Positions 28,713-38,579 of a stretch of DNA of 64,000 nt are shown here, in pieces. The stretch lies in contig CAVTJN010000019.1 of the NCBI GenBank assembly GCA_963735055.1, forward strand, positions 329,547 to 393,546, read 5' to 3'. Position numbers and translations under genes: made by a program. Under the pieces are notes generated by a model, which did no database searches, was not told the origin of the DNA, and saw nothing but the letters and a program-made list of their open reading frames with translations. The stretch's first letter is position 1. Every line of letters begins with the position of its first letter. Source of the stretch: an uncultured Chloroflexia bacterium (GTDB lineage Bacteria; Chloroflexota; Dehalococcoidia; Dehalococcoidales; UBA2162).

Positions 28713-28760
28713 GGGCGACGCCTCACGCCACGCGCTAGAACCAACTGACCAGCCCGGCCG

Positions 28761-29771
28761 CTAGATCGCCGGGGCGGTGGGGGGAACAGGCTCCTGAAAC
28801 AGCCAGGTAGACAAATAGCGCTCCCCGGTATCGGGCAGAATGACGACAATAAGCTTGCCCTCGCTCGATTGCCTCTTGGCCACTTCAATAGCCGCCCACG
28901 TCGCCGCCCCCGATGAGATCCCGGCGAGTATTCCTTCTTCTTTAGCCAATCTCCTGGCCGTTGCCCCAGCATCCTCGTTGGAGACCTGAATGATCTCATC
29001 GACAAGGTCCCTGCGCAGAACGTCAGGTACAAAACCCGCCCCGATACCCTGGATCTTGTGAGGTCCGGCCTTTCCCCCGGACAGGACCGGCGAATTGACC
29101 GGCTCGACAGCGATCGCCTTGAACTCCGGCTTTCGCTTCTTTATCACGTCAGCAACCCCGGTGATGGTGCCACCGGTCCCCACCCCCGATACGAGGATAT
29201 CAACTCTGCCGCCGGTGTCACGCCAAATCTCCTCGGCCGTGGTAACACGGTGTATTTCGGGATTAGACAGGTTCTTGAACTGCTGCGGCATGAAATAGCC
29301 CTTTTCGGCGACGAGCTGTTCGGCCCGCCTCACGGCGCCAGGCATACCTTCAGCGCCGGGGGTCAGAATCAGTTCGGCTCCAAGAACCGAAAGCAACTGC
29401 CGTCTTTCCATCGACATGGTTTCGGGCATGGTCAAGACCAATTTATAGCCCCGGGTAGCGCAGACGAAAGCAAGCGCAATGCCGGTGTTCCCGCTCGTCG
29501 GTTCAACAATTGTCGTCCCCTTCTTCAGAAGTCCCGACTCTTCAGCAGTCAGTATCATGGCCACGCCAATCCGGTCCTTGACACTACTCAGAGGGTTGAA
29601 GGACTCCAGCTTGGCTATCACTTCGCCTTTGGCGCCCCCGGTCACCCGGTTCAGCCTGACCAGCGGCGTATTACCAATGAGCTCGGTGGAATCTTTAGCA
29701 ATCCCCCGCGTTATCTTGGGCAGTTCCAGTGACTTGAATCGAATCTTCTCAACAGTTGGCAAGTCTTTCAT
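28761..29771 (-). CDS. cysK: Cysteine synthase (O-acetylserine sulfhydrylase family) with ~25-aa N-terminal extension
   Basis: ..[28 protein letters not shown].. ATG follows GGAGGAGGG. Confidence 0.85.
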   Translation of the reverse strand: MKDLPTVEKIRFKSLELPKITRGIAKDSTELIGNTPLVRLNRVTGGAKGEVIAKLESFNPLSSVKDRIGVAMILTAEESGLLKKGTTIVEPTSGNTGIALAFVCATRGYKLVLTMPETMSMERRQLLSVLGAELILTPGAEGMPGAVRRAEQLVAEKGYFMPQQFKNLSNPEIHRVTTAEEIWRDTGGRVDILVSGVGTGGTITGVADVIKKRKPEFKAIAVEPVNSPVLSGGKAGPHKIQGIGAGFVPDVLRRDLVDEIIQVSNEDAGATARRLAKEEGILAGISSGAATWAAIEVAKRQSSEGKLIVVILPDTGERYLSTWLFQEPVPPTAPAI

Positions 29772-29808
29772 AGCACCCTCCTCCTATAACCCAATCTGAT
29801 ACCAGGTC

Positions 29809-30258
29809 CTAAATGTAGTACATGCTCGCCGTGGGGACTTCCTCGAGCTTCCTCTTTTGCCGCTCGACCAATTCTTTCAGCGTCGTGCCCCCCAACACTC
29901 CAGTCATCACGCGCTTAAGCTCCGTCCAGACTTCTCGCGTCACGCAAGCCTCGTAACGCCGGCAGTACTTTGGATCGTCAACGCACTCGACAGGAGCCAG
30001 GGAGCCTTCGAGCAACTGAATGACTTCGGTCAGTTTAATGTCTTCCAATTCCTTGGCGATCCACACGCCGCCCTTCGCACCACGAGTGCTCCGGACGATG
30101 CCGGCCGAGATAAGCGGCGTAATAAGATGCTCAAGGTACATCGTCGAGATCTCCTGCCGCCGCGCCACGTCTCTTAGCAACACCGGTTTGCCGTTTGAGT
30201 TGATCGCAATGTCGATCAGTGCTCGCGTTCCGTACCGTGATCTGGTTGATAACTTCAT
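29809..30258 (-). CDS. Rrf2-family transcriptional regulator (three-Cys cluster-ligand pattern)
   Basis: MKLSTRSRYGTRALIDIA.. wHTH, then CVDDPKYCRRYEAC. Confidence 0.85.
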   Translation of the reverse strand: MKLSTRSRYGTRALIDIAINSNGKPVLLRDVARRQEISTMYLEHLITPLISAGIVRSTRGAKGGVWIAKELEDIKLTEVIQLLEGSLAPVECVDDPKYCRRYEACVTREVWTELKRVMTGVLGGTTLKELVERQKRKLEEVPTASMYYI

Positions 30259-30301
30259 TCTTCAGGCCGCCTATTCATTACTAACCTAATCGTCAATGCA
30301 A

Positions 30302-30331
30302 AGAATACCACAGTAGAAAAGCGCCTGTCAA
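30302..30331 (-). promoter_or_regulatory. Promoter candidate for rrf2-cysK-metB-like operon
   Basis: Minus strand: TTGACA (30331-30326), 18 nt, TATTCT (30307-30302). Confidence 0.4.
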
Positions 30332-30412
30332 CGGTAGCGGCATGATCTAAGTCGCGAGGGCGATGAGTGCAGCAATAATGACATCGGCCAGGCGATTCGG
30401 TATGGGCGCTGA

Positions 30413-31462
30413 CTAGCTTACGATTATCTTGCCGCGCGGCTCGGCAACAACATCGCCAATGACCGCCGCCTGACCTATCCCCGCCCTCTTCATCTCAGTG
30501 AGCAACCTGTCCGCGCTCGCCGCGCCGACACTGATCAACAGGCCGCCCGAGGTCTGCGGATCGGAAAGTATCCGCTGCAGGTGTTCCGAGACCGGAGAGG
30601 CGAACCTGACGCAACTGGAGTAGTACTCCCGATTCCGCTCCAATCCGCCCGGAAGAAAGCCGGCTTCGCTGAAGGCCACGGCCTCCGGAAAGAACGGCAA
30701 AGCGCCGGCTCTTATGACAAATCCCACACCGCTGTTCTGCGCCATCTGAAGAGCGTGCCCCAGAAAGCCAAAACCGGTTATGTCGGTGCAAGAATGAGTA
30801 TCCGCTGCCGTCATCAGCGCCGATGCCTTCTCATTCAAGGTCGCCATGCTTTCAGTGATGCGGTCAACGACCGGCTTAGAAGCTGCGCCGTTCTTCAAGG
30901 CCGTACTGATAATACCGGTACCCAGGGCCTTGGTGAGTATGAGTCGGTCACCGACCAATGCGCCGCCGTTAGTAATCAGACGCTTGGGATCGACTACTCC
31001 GGTGACTGACAAACCGTACTTGAGTTCGGGATCATCTACGCTGTGCCCGCCCACTAGTGCCACCCTCGCCTGCTTCATCTTATCCAGGCCACCCCGAAGA
31101 ATATCCCTGAGCACCGACGGGTCGAGAATGTCCTTGGGGAAACAGACCAGATTCATCGCGGTGACCGGCCGAGCGCCCATGGTGTAGATATCGCTCAGCG
31201 AGTTCGCGACCGCGATCTGCCCGAAACTATACGGATCGTCAACGACCGGCGTAAAGAAATCGACCGTCTGGACTATGGCGAGGTCATCGGTCAGCCGGTA
31301 GACGCCGGCGTTATCCCGACTCTCAACGCCTCGCAACACGTTCGGATCTGACTCAAACCGCAAACCCGACAGGGCTTTGTCCAGGTCCTCCGGACCCAGT
31401 TTGGCTGCTCAGCCCGACGAGCGCACGCTCTCCGTCAACCGAGGCTGTTTTCCCGACGGCAT
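30413..31462 (-). CDS. selD: Selenide, water dikinase (selenophosphate synthetase) with in-frame UGA (Sec) in the N-terminal glycine-rich loop
   Basis: ORF track calls only 30413..31363. Extending upstream in frame gives [39 protein letters not shown].., with the ATG at 31462 preceded by GGAGG and the TGA at 31409-31411. Confidence 0.85.
31381..31399 (-). promoter_or_regulatory. SECIS-like hairpin downstream of the selD UGA
   Basis: Minus strand: CUGGGUCC-GGA-GGACCUGG (8 bp including G-U pairs) starts 10 nt after the UGA. Confidence 0.5.
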
Positions 31463-31495
31463 GTATGACCTCCGGATGGTTGCATGATTTACGCC

Positions 31496-31525
31496 ATTCT
31501 ATCACCCTGGTTTTCCCAAAAGCAA
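31496..31525 (-). promoter_or_regulatory. selD promoter candidate
   Basis: Minus strand: TTGCTT (31525-31520), 18 nt, TAGAAT (31501-31496). Confidence 0.35.
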
Positions 31526-31584
31526 AGGAGTTCCTGGAACAACACATAGCTCAGACACTCACCACCAAGCCCAGGAAACTGCGT

Positions 31585-31613
31585 TTGACAGCCCCCCCTC
31601 CCCATTGTAGACT
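31585..31613 (+). promoter_or_regulatory. glyA promoter candidate
   Basis: TTGACA (31585-31590), 17 nt, TAGACT (31608-31613), then GAGGAG RBS and the ATG at 31633. Confidence 0.5.
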
Positions 31614-31632
31614 TCAAAAAGAGGAGAAAAGA

Positions 31633-32877
31633 ATGGGCTCTTTGAGGCAAGTTGACCCCGAGATCAGCCATGCCATCGAACTTGAGAAACAGCGGCTCCA
31701 GGAGAGGATAAACCTGATCGCGTCGGAGAACTACCCGAGCCGGGCGGTGATGGAAGCCCAGGGTTCGTTCTTGACTTCGAAATATGCCGAGGGTTACCCC
31801 CGCCACCGCCACTACCCCGGCTGCGAAAACGTGGATATGGTTGAAGATCTGGCCATCGAACGCGCCAAGTCCTTGTACCGGGCAGAACATGCCAATGTCC
31901 AACCCCACGCTGGAGCTCAGGCCAACATGGCCGCCTACTACGCAACTCTGGAGCACGGCGACACCATTATGGGAATGTCGCTGGCCCACGGCGGTCATCT
32001 AACTCACGGAGCGGACGTCAATTTTTCGGGCAAGCTCTACAACGTCGTAAGCTACGGGGTTGACCGCGATACGGAAAGAATCGACTACCGCGAATTGGAG
32101 CGGCTCGCAGTCAAACACCGCCCCAAACTAATAGTGGCCGGCTTCAGCGCATATCCAAGGATCATTGATTTCGAACGTTTCAGACAGATCGCGGACAGTG
32201 TCGGCGCCATCCTGATGGCCGATATTGCCCATATTGCCGGTATGGTCGCCGTGGGCCTCCATCCGACGCCGGTGCCCTACTGCGAAATCGTCACTTCGAC
32301 GACTCACAAGACGCTGCGCGGTCCGCGGGGCGGCTTCATCCTGTGCCGCCGAGCATTGGCTCCGGCAGTTGACCGGGCGGTCTTCCCCCAGATGCAGGGC
32401 GGCCCGTTGATGCACACCATCGCGGCCAAGGCGGTAGCTTTCCGCGAGGCGATGCTCCCCGAGTTCGTGGAATACCAGCGAGCGATACTCGACAACGCTC
32501 AAGTCCTGGCATCTGAGCTCAAGAGACTCGGGATGCGACTGGTCGCCGGCGGTACCGATACGCACCTGGTCCTCGTTGATCTTACCCGCAATGGCTTCAG
32601 CGGCAAGAAGGCTGAGGAAGCTTTGGGCAAGGCGGGTATTGTAGCAAACCACAACCTGATCCCGTTTGACCCGCGCCACCAGGCCGCAACGAGCGGGATC
32701 CGCCTCGGGACTCCGGCAGTCACTACCAGGGGATTCGGACCTGCCGAGATCAAGTTCATCGCCGCGAGCGTAGTTGACGTCCTCAACCACATTGATGATG
32801 CCAGGGTACAATCTCAGATCGCCGACAAGGTGAAGGAACTGTGCTTGCGGTTCCCGATACCGGCGCTGGTAGACTAG
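31633..32877 (+). CDS. glyA: Serine hydroxymethyltransferase
   Basis: ..[30 protein letters not shown].. ORF-track start 31465 is an unsupported 5' extension. Confidence 0.9.
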   Translation: MGSLRQVDPEISHAIELEKQRLQERINLIASENYPSRAVMEAQGSFLTSKYAEGYPRHRHYPGCENVDMVEDLAIERAKSLYRAEHANVQPHAGAQANMAAYYATLEHGDTIMGMSLAHGGHLTHGADVNFSGKLYNVVSYGVDRDTERIDYRELERLAVKHRPKLIVAGFSAYPRIIDFERFRQIADSVGAILMADIAHIAGMVAVGLHPTPVPYCEIVTSTTHKTLRGPRGGFILCRRALAPAVDRAVFPQMQGGPLMHTIAAKAVAFREAMLPEFVEYQRAILDNAQVLASELKRLGMRLVAGGTDTHLVLVDLTRNGFSGKKAEEALGKAGIVANHNLIPFDPRHQAATSGIRLGTPAVTTRGFGPAEIKFIAASVVDVLNHIDDARVQSQIADKVKELCLRFPIPALVD

Positions 32878-32878
32878 A

Positions 32879-33457
32879 CTACCGCTGGGCGAAATAGCCC
32901 AGAGCCTGTCTCACCTTTTCTTCGAGGCTAAGGTCATCATCAGGCAGTGACGCCACCGCTCGAGCCGCCTCGGCTACGGAGTAGCCGAGGGTGGTGAGAG
33001 CAGCCAGCACATCGGTCTGCCCCTGACTATCCTGCAGCGGAACCAGATTCAACCCTGCGCCGACCTTGTCCTTCAATTCCAGGAGCAAACGCCCGGCGAT
33101 CTTCTTCCCTATTCCCGGTACCGTCGTCAAGAGCTCAACGTCGCCGCTGGCCACGGCCGCCACAATCTGGTCGACCTTCAAAGACGAAAGCATCGCCAGA
33201 CCGAGTTTAGGCCCGACCCCCGACACCCCAGTCAGCGTCTGGAAGAGAGCAAGCTCCTCGAAAGTGCTGAACCCGTATAGAGCCAGCACATCTTCCCGGA
33301 CGTGAAGATGGGTGAACAATCGGACCTGGCCGCCGATCTTCCCGAACGTGCTGAGGGTGGACGTGGGCGCAAAGACCCGAAAGCCAACGCCATTCACGTC
33401 AACGATGGCCCAGTCTCCTCCTGTCGCCTCAAGCCGGCCACGAAGACTGGCGATCAC
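32879..33457 (-). CDS. ruvA: Holliday junction branch migration complex subunit RuvA
   Basis: MIASLRGRL.. and helix-hairpin-helix ..LTGVSGVGPKLGLAML..VPGIGKKIAGRL.. Confidence 0.9.
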   Translation of the reverse strand: MIASLRGRLEATGGDWAIVDVNGVGFRVFAPTSTLSTFGKIGGQVRLFTHLHVREDVLALYGFSTFEELALFQTLTGVSGVGPKLGLAMLSSLKVDQIVAAVASGDVELLTTVPGIGKKIAGRLLLELKDKVGAGLNLVPLQDSQGQTDVLAALTTLGYSVAEAARAVASLPDDDLSLEEKVRQALGYFAQR

Positions 33458-33961
33458 CTATCGCCTCACCTGACCGGCGAGAAGGCGGCTAAGTCTGGTC
33501 TCGCAGAGATGACACAAAGCTACGGCAAGAGCGTCGGAGGCATCGGCGGGTTCAGGAACATGGGTCATCCCGAGTTGAAGCCTGACCATCTCCTGTATCT
33601 GCTCTTTCGAACTACCACCGAAGTTGCTGACGCGCTGTTTGACCTGGGCCGGAGTATACTCCGACACCGGGATTCCCTGCCCTGCGGCGGCCAGAATGGC
33701 AATCGCCTGTGACCTGCCGATGGCGAGCGCCGACCGGGCATTCTTAGCGACAAACGGCTGCTCAACGGCGGCAGCGTCGGGACGTTGGCTCTTGACGATC
33801 TCGAGCAGCCGCTGATACATGAAAACCAAACGCTCCCCGATCGGGGAGCGTGATGGAGCCGTGATGGCGCCGTACTCAGCTACTGTCAGCGTGTCGTCAA
33901 TCTCGTCGATCACCCCGTAGCCCATGGTCACGGTACCTGGGTCAATCCCCAGAATCCTCAT
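33458..33961 (-). CDS. ruvC: Crossover junction endodeoxyribonuclease RuvC
   Basis: MRILGIDPGTVTMGYGVI.. ..AAVEQPF.. ..DASDALAVALCH.. Confidence 0.9.
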   Translation of the reverse strand: MRILGIDPGTVTMGYGVIDEIDDTLTVAEYGAITAPSRSPIGERLVFMYQRLLEIVKSQRPDAAAVEQPFVAKNARSALAIGRSQAIAILAAAGQGIPVSEYTPAQVKQRVSNFGGSSKEQIQEMVRLQLGMTHVPEPADASDALAVALCHLCETRLSRLLAGQVRR

Positions 33962-34719
33962 ACCTGAACGCCATTCTGATACTTCTCAAGCACCGCATCC
34001 GAGAATTCGACATTGGAGGTAACGTTCTGAACTTCGTCCAACTCCTCGAGCCTTTCGAGCAATTTAAGGGTCTGGAGCGAAGCTTTGTCCTCAAGCGACA
34101 GGGGCGCCTTTGAGAGCATTGAAAGCTGAGCGCTGTCCACCGGAATTTTCTTCTCCTCCAATCCCTTCCTCACGGCCTCGAGCTTGTCCGGAGCAGTGTA
34201 TATCTCCAGCACATCCCCGTCGACCTTGACGTCCTCGGCGCCGGCGTCGATCGCCTGAAGTTCAAGGTCCTCCGCATTCTGTCCCTCGGTCTTGACGGTA
34301 ATCACTCCCTTGGAGTCGAATAACCAAGCCACGCTGCTACTTTCGCCGAGACTTCCCCCCGCCCGCGAAAGGAGGTTGCGAACCTCCTGTACGGTACGGT
34401 TACGGTTATCGGTAATAGCCTGGACGAGAATGGCGCTGCCACCGGGACCCCGGCCGCCCAGCACCATTTCCACCATGCCGGCTCCTTCCCCACCGCCGCT
34501 ACCCCTGGCTATTCCACGCTGGATGTTATCAAGCGGCATGTTGCTGTCGCGCGCCTTCTGAATCGCCAGACGAAGCCGGTAGTTAGTGTCAGGACTGGCT
34601 CCGCCCTCGCGCGCCGAAGCAATGATCTCGCGGGTCAGCTTGGTAAACAGCTGGCCGCGCTTGGCATCCGTAACGCCTTTCTGGTGCTTAATTGAAGACC
34701 ACTTCGAATGCCCAGACAT
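33958..34719 (-). CDS. YebC/PmpR-family DNA-binding regulator
   Basis: MSGHSKWSSIKHQKG..DAKRG.. Confidence 0.9.
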   Translation of the reverse strand: MSGHSKWSSIKHQKGVTDAKRGQLFTKLTREIIASAREGGASPDTNYRLRLAIQKARDSNMPLDNIQRGIARGSGGGEGAGMVEMVLGGRGPGGSAILVQAITDNRNRTVQEVRNLLSRAGGSLGESSSVAWLFDSKGVITVKTEGQNAEDLELQAIDAGAEDVKVDGDVLEIYTAPDKLEAVRKGLEEKKIPVDSAQLSMLSKAPLSLEDKASLQTLKLLERLEELDEVQNVTSNVEFSDAVLEKYQNGVQV

Positions 34720-34853
34720 CGCTAGACCTCCTTGACCGACAAGCCTTAGGCAATTCTAACATCAAGTCAAAATCGGGGCAATAAGGTTGGCCTGAGCCGA
34801 CAGCCGCCCCCGGGCAACTGAACAAAATACTCTGGTGACTCAAGCCAAACGCG

Positions 34854-34882
34854 TTGACAGCCGCGTCGGCGAACGTTACAAT
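34854..34882 (+). promoter_or_regulatory. Promoter placing the transcription start at or next to the glmM-like ATG (leaderless candidate)
   Basis: TTGACA (34854-34859), 17 nt, TACAAT (34877-34882). The ATG at 34891 is only 8 nt after the -10, and no RBS is present. Confidence 0.5.
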
Positions 34883-34890
34883 CAACCGCA

Positions 34891-36186
34891 ATGGGATTGT
34901 TCGGCACTTCGGGAATACGAAGAATCGCAGACCGGAACCTGCTTGAAATCGCCCTGCGGACCGGGCTGGCACTGGGGCGCATGCACCGAACGGTGGTGGT
35001 GGCACGGGACACCCGGACTTCCGGAAACGCGCTGAAGTTCGCATTGGTCTCGGGGCTGCTTTCGGCGGGGGCAAAATGCTTCGATGCTGGAGTTGTGCCA
35101 ACGCCGACACTTGCCTTCGCGACCCGGAGCTTCGACGTGGGCGTGATGATCACTGCTTCGCACAATCCGCCAAACTACAATGGCATCAAGATCTTTAACC
35201 CGGACGGCTCGAGCTATGTCTCCGGACAGCAAATCGACCTTGAAAGGATGCTCGCAGGCCCGCTGCCCACCGCCTCATGGCAGGACATCGAGGAGAACCT
35301 CTTAACTTACGAAGACGCGGTCAATGAGCACGTCGAACACATCATGGAGCAGGTGGATCTCCCTAGGGCGATGCGAGTTGTGGTGGACTGCAATTGCGGG
35401 GCGGCCTCGGTGATCACCCCGGTCCTGCTCAGGAGGATGGGCTGCGACGTAGTCGGCCTGAATTCTCACCCCAGCGCCTTCTTCCCCCATGATGCCGAAC
35501 CTACCGCCGAGAACCTGGTTGATCTGGCCAGAGTGTGCAGGGAACTGAATTCGGTCGGGATCGCGGACGATGGTGACGCGGACCGCATGATGGCGGTGGA
35601 CGAAAAAGGTCGGTTCATACCAGGCGACAAGTTGTTGATACTGCTGGCCCGCAGCCTGGAGGCGAAGCGGGTCGTCACCACGGTTGATGCGTCGATGGTG
35701 GTCGAGGAACTGGGCTTGAGTACGGTACGCACGAGAGTCGGCGATACCTACGTCTCCGAGGAACTGATCGCAGGCGGCGATTTCGGCGGCGAACCTTCCG
35801 GAGCGTGGGTATTCCCCAAGAATTCGCTATGCCCCGACGGCATCTACGCCGCGGCCGCGCTGGCGTTGATCGCATCCGGGGGGAGTCTCTCAACTCTCGC
35901 CGACGGCATACCGCAATACCCGATCATCCGTGGCAGCGTACTGGCCAATGGCCGTTCAATCGATACTGACCGATTGACAACGGCGCTCCAGCCCAAACAG
36001 GTCAGCGCCATCGACGGCGTAAGATTCACCATGGGTGATGGGTGGGTGCTGGTCCGGTCGTCGGGGACCGAGCCCAAGGTAAGGATTACGGCCGAGGCAC
36101 AGACCGAGGAGCGCGCCCGCCAGTTGTTCGACATCACGGTCAAGACACTCGGTGAAGGGAAGAATACGGGAGGGAGCTCGGGTTGA
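34891..36186 (+). CDS. Phosphohexomutase (phosphoglucosamine/phosphomannomutase, archaeal-like)
   Basis: Active-site loop ITASHNPPNYNGIK, then ..DGDADR.. Confidence 0.85.
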   Translation: MGLFGTSGIRRIADRNLLEIALRTGLALGRMHRTVVVARDTRTSGNALKFALVSGLLSAGAKCFDAGVVPTPTLAFATRSFDVGVMITASHNPPNYNGIKIFNPDGSSYVSGQQIDLERMLAGPLPTASWQDIEENLLTYEDAVNEHVEHIMEQVDLPRAMRVVVDCNCGAASVITPVLLRRMGCDVVGLNSHPSAFFPHDAEPTAENLVDLARVCRELNSVGIADDGDADRMMAVDEKGRFIPGDKLLILLARSLEAKRVVTTVDASMVVEELGLSTVRTRVGDTYVSEELIAGGDFGGEPSGAWVFPKNSLCPDGIYAAAALALIASGGSLSTLADGIPQYPIIRGSVLANGRSIDTDRLTTALQPKQVSAIDGVRFTMGDGWVLVRSSGTEPKVRITAEAQTEERARQLFDITVKTLGEGKNTGGSSG

Positions 36187-37385
36187 TCGCGGTGATTTTG
36201 GCAGCCGGCGAGGGCAGCCGAATGCGGCCTCTGTCATACACTCGATCGAAGGTCATGCTGCCAATCGCCAACAAGCCGATCCTGGAACACCTTATCGTTG
36301 AAGCCCGGGAAGCCGGGGTCACTGACTTCGTACTTGTTGTGGGCTATCATGACGAACAGGTCAGGGCCCACTTCGGAGACGGGCGCAAGTGGTCGATCCG
36401 CCTCACCTATGCGAGTCAGCGAAAGCAGCTTGGCACGGCCGACGCGGTGAGAGTGCTGGAAGGAAGGATTAGCGGGAATTTTCTGGTGATGAACGGGGAC
36501 ATCATAGTGGGCCGTACTGACATCAAGGCATTAATCGATGAGGGCCGAAATGCTGTGTCGGTGATCGAAGTCAAAGACCCGAGGGGTCTGGGCATGGTCG
36601 AGACGAGGCGAGGGCGCGTCCTCAGAATCCATGAGAAGGTCGAAAGACCCCCCACCAACATGGCCAACGCCGGGCTGTACCTGTTCACCCCCGACATTTT
36701 CGCCGCCGTGGCACAGACGCCCGCTTCCACCCGCGGTGAGTTTGAGATAACCACTTCGCTGCAGATCATGATTGACCGGGGCGAAGAAATCATCTGTCAC
36801 AAGATCGGCTACTGGCTTGATCTCAGCTATCCCTGGCATTTGCTAGCCGCCAACGAAGCCCTGCTCTCGAAGATGGACGCCGTAACCCTGGGGAAAATAG
36901 AGGCCAACGTGACCATCAACGGCGCCGTTTCGGTAGGCGCAGGATCAATGATCAGGTCGGGATCCTACATTATCGGTCCGGTCGTGATCGGCGACCACTG
37001 CGACATAGGGCCTAACTGCTTCATAAGACCCTGTACTTCGATTGGCGACCATTGCCATGTCGGAGCAGCCGTCGAGGTGAAGAACTCCATAGTAATGAAT
37101 GGCAGCAAGATACCACATCTCAACTACGTCGGCGATAGCGTCATCGGGGAGGGATGCAACCTCGGTGCGGGGACGAAGATCGCCAATCTACGGCTCGATG
37201 AAAAAGAGGTGGTGGTGGGCGGCAGCAACACCGGCAGGCGTAAATTCGGAGCTGTCCTGGGAGACGGGGTTAAGACAGGCATCAACGCTTCAATCAACAC
37301 AGGAACAATGATAGGCAACGGCTCCTTTGTGGGACCAGGGGCGGTGGTAAGTGGTATCGTCAGTCCGGATTCGAAGGTGTTTTAG
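36183..37385 (+). CDS. Bifunctional sugar-1-phosphate nucleotidylyltransferase / left-handed beta-helix acetyltransferase (archaeal GlmU-like), paralog 1
   Basis: AVILAAGEGSRMRPL N-terminus and C-terminal hexapeptide repeats. Confidence 0.8.
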   Translation: MIAVILAAGEGSRMRPLSYTRSKVMLPIANKPILEHLIVEAREAGVTDFVLVVGYHDEQVRAHFGDGRKWSIRLTYASQRKQLGTADAVRVLEGRISGNFLVMNGDIIVGRTDIKALIDEGRNAVSVIEVKDPRGLGMVETRRGRVLRIHEKVERPPTNMANAGLYLFTPDIFAAVAQTPASTRGEFEITTSLQIMIDRGEEIICHKIGYWLDLSYPWHLLAANEALLSKMDAVTLGKIEANVTINGAVSVGAGSMIRSGSYIIGPVVIGDHCDIGPNCFIRPCTSIGDHCHVGAAVEVKNSIVMNGSKIPHLNYVGDSVIGEGCNLGAGTKIANLRLDEKEVVVGGSNTGRRKFGAVLGDGVKTGINASINTGTMIGNGSFVGPGAVVSGIVSPDSKVF

Positions 37386-38570
37386 GTGAAGACAATGAAG
37401 CAGGCCATCGTTCTTGCCGCCGGAGAAGGGCAAAGACTAAGACCATTTACCGTCACCCGACCCAAAGTGATGCTCAACATCGGCGGCAAGCCAATACTGC
37501 AGCACGTCATCGAAGCATTAGCCCAGAATGGCGTCCGGAAGATCGTCATGGTGGTCGGATATCGCAAGGAACAGATCTTCGACCACTTCGGCAATGGCGA
37601 GCAGTTGGGGGTAGAAATCGTATACCTTACCCAGGACCGGCAGCTTGGCACCGCCCACGCCCTCGGCTACGCGAGGAGCGTGGCGGAAGAGGAGTTCCTT
37701 GTACTCGGTGGGGACAACCTGATCGACGCCGAGACCATTGCCGGAATCGTCAACGCCGATCCTCCAGTGATGTTGTTGAAGCAAGGTTCAGACGCTCACC
37801 GGTACGGAGTCGTAAGGGTTGAAGATGGCGAGATAAAGGGCATGATCGAGAAGCCGACGAGCCATCAAGGGGACAGAATAAACACCGGGATATATGCCTT
37901 TCGAAACGATGTCTTTGACTTCATCGGTCCCGAGCTGGACATCCCCAATGTCATAAACGTAATGCTTGACCGGGCCTGCAAAGTCAACGCTCTTGAGACT
38001 CAGGGCACATGGCTCGACGTTGTTTACCCCTGGGACCTGGTGAGACTCAACGGAGCAATCCTGGCACGAACCACGCCGCGACTGGGTGGCACCATCGAGA
38101 GTTGCGTCACTCTGAAGGGGGCGGTGTCCGTCGGTATGGACACGATTATCAGGTCGAACTCGTACGTAGTGGGACCCGCCGTGATCGGCGAAAATTGCCA
38201 GATCGGCCCAAACGTGTGCATTCTGCCTTCCACCAGTATTGGCGACAACGTTTCGATCGCTCCATTTACTACCATAGAGAACAGCGTTATCGGGGACGAC
38301 GTGAGCATAGGACCGGCTTCCATCATTGAGGACTCGGTAATTGACAAGGGATCCGTGATTCGAGGCCACTTCTCAGCACCGAGCGGAGAGACCGTGGTGC
38401 AAATTGACGAAGAGCACCACCGGGTGACTGTGGGAGCCATGGTGGGTATCGGCTGTTCGCTCGGAAACAGCATCGTGGCCGAACCGGGTTCAATAATCGG
38501 CAACTACTGCCAGGTACAGCCAATGAAAGTAATCCGCGGCAGCTTCCAGGATAGAAGCCGCATTTTCTAG
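37386..38570 (+). CDS. Sugar-1-phosphate nucleotidylyltransferase / LbH protein, paralog 2
   Basis: AIVLAAGEGQRLRPF N-terminus and hexapeptide repeats. Start abuts the paralog 1 stop. Confidence 0.8.
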   Translation: MKTMKQAIVLAAGEGQRLRPFTVTRPKVMLNIGGKPILQHVIEALAQNGVRKIVMVVGYRKEQIFDHFGNGEQLGVEIVYLTQDRQLGTAHALGYARSVAEEEFLVLGGDNLIDAETIAGIVNADPPVMLLKQGSDAHRYGVVRVEDGEIKGMIEKPTSHQGDRINTGIYAFRNDVFDFIGPELDIPNVINVMLDRACKVNALETQGTWLDVVYPWDLVRLNGAILARTTPRLGGTIESCVTLKGAVSVGMDTIIRSNSYVVGPAVIGENCQIGPNVCILPSTSIGDNVSIAPFTTIENSVIGDDVSIGPASIIEDSVIDKGSVIRGHFSAPSGETVVQIDEEHHRVTVGAMVGIGCSLGNSIVAEPGSIIGNYCQVQPMKVIRGSFQDRSRIF

Positions 38571-38579
38571 CAGGTAAAT

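Noticed and set aside
31465-31632. 5' extensions of called ORFs (glyA from 31465, tpiA from 11725, acsC from 53279, cooC from 40570, rhodanese from 4171, fhs from 41400)
   Set aside because: In each case an internal ATG with a good Shine-Dalgarno sequence aligns with the conserved protein N-terminus. The upstream codons overlap promoters or neighbouring genes.
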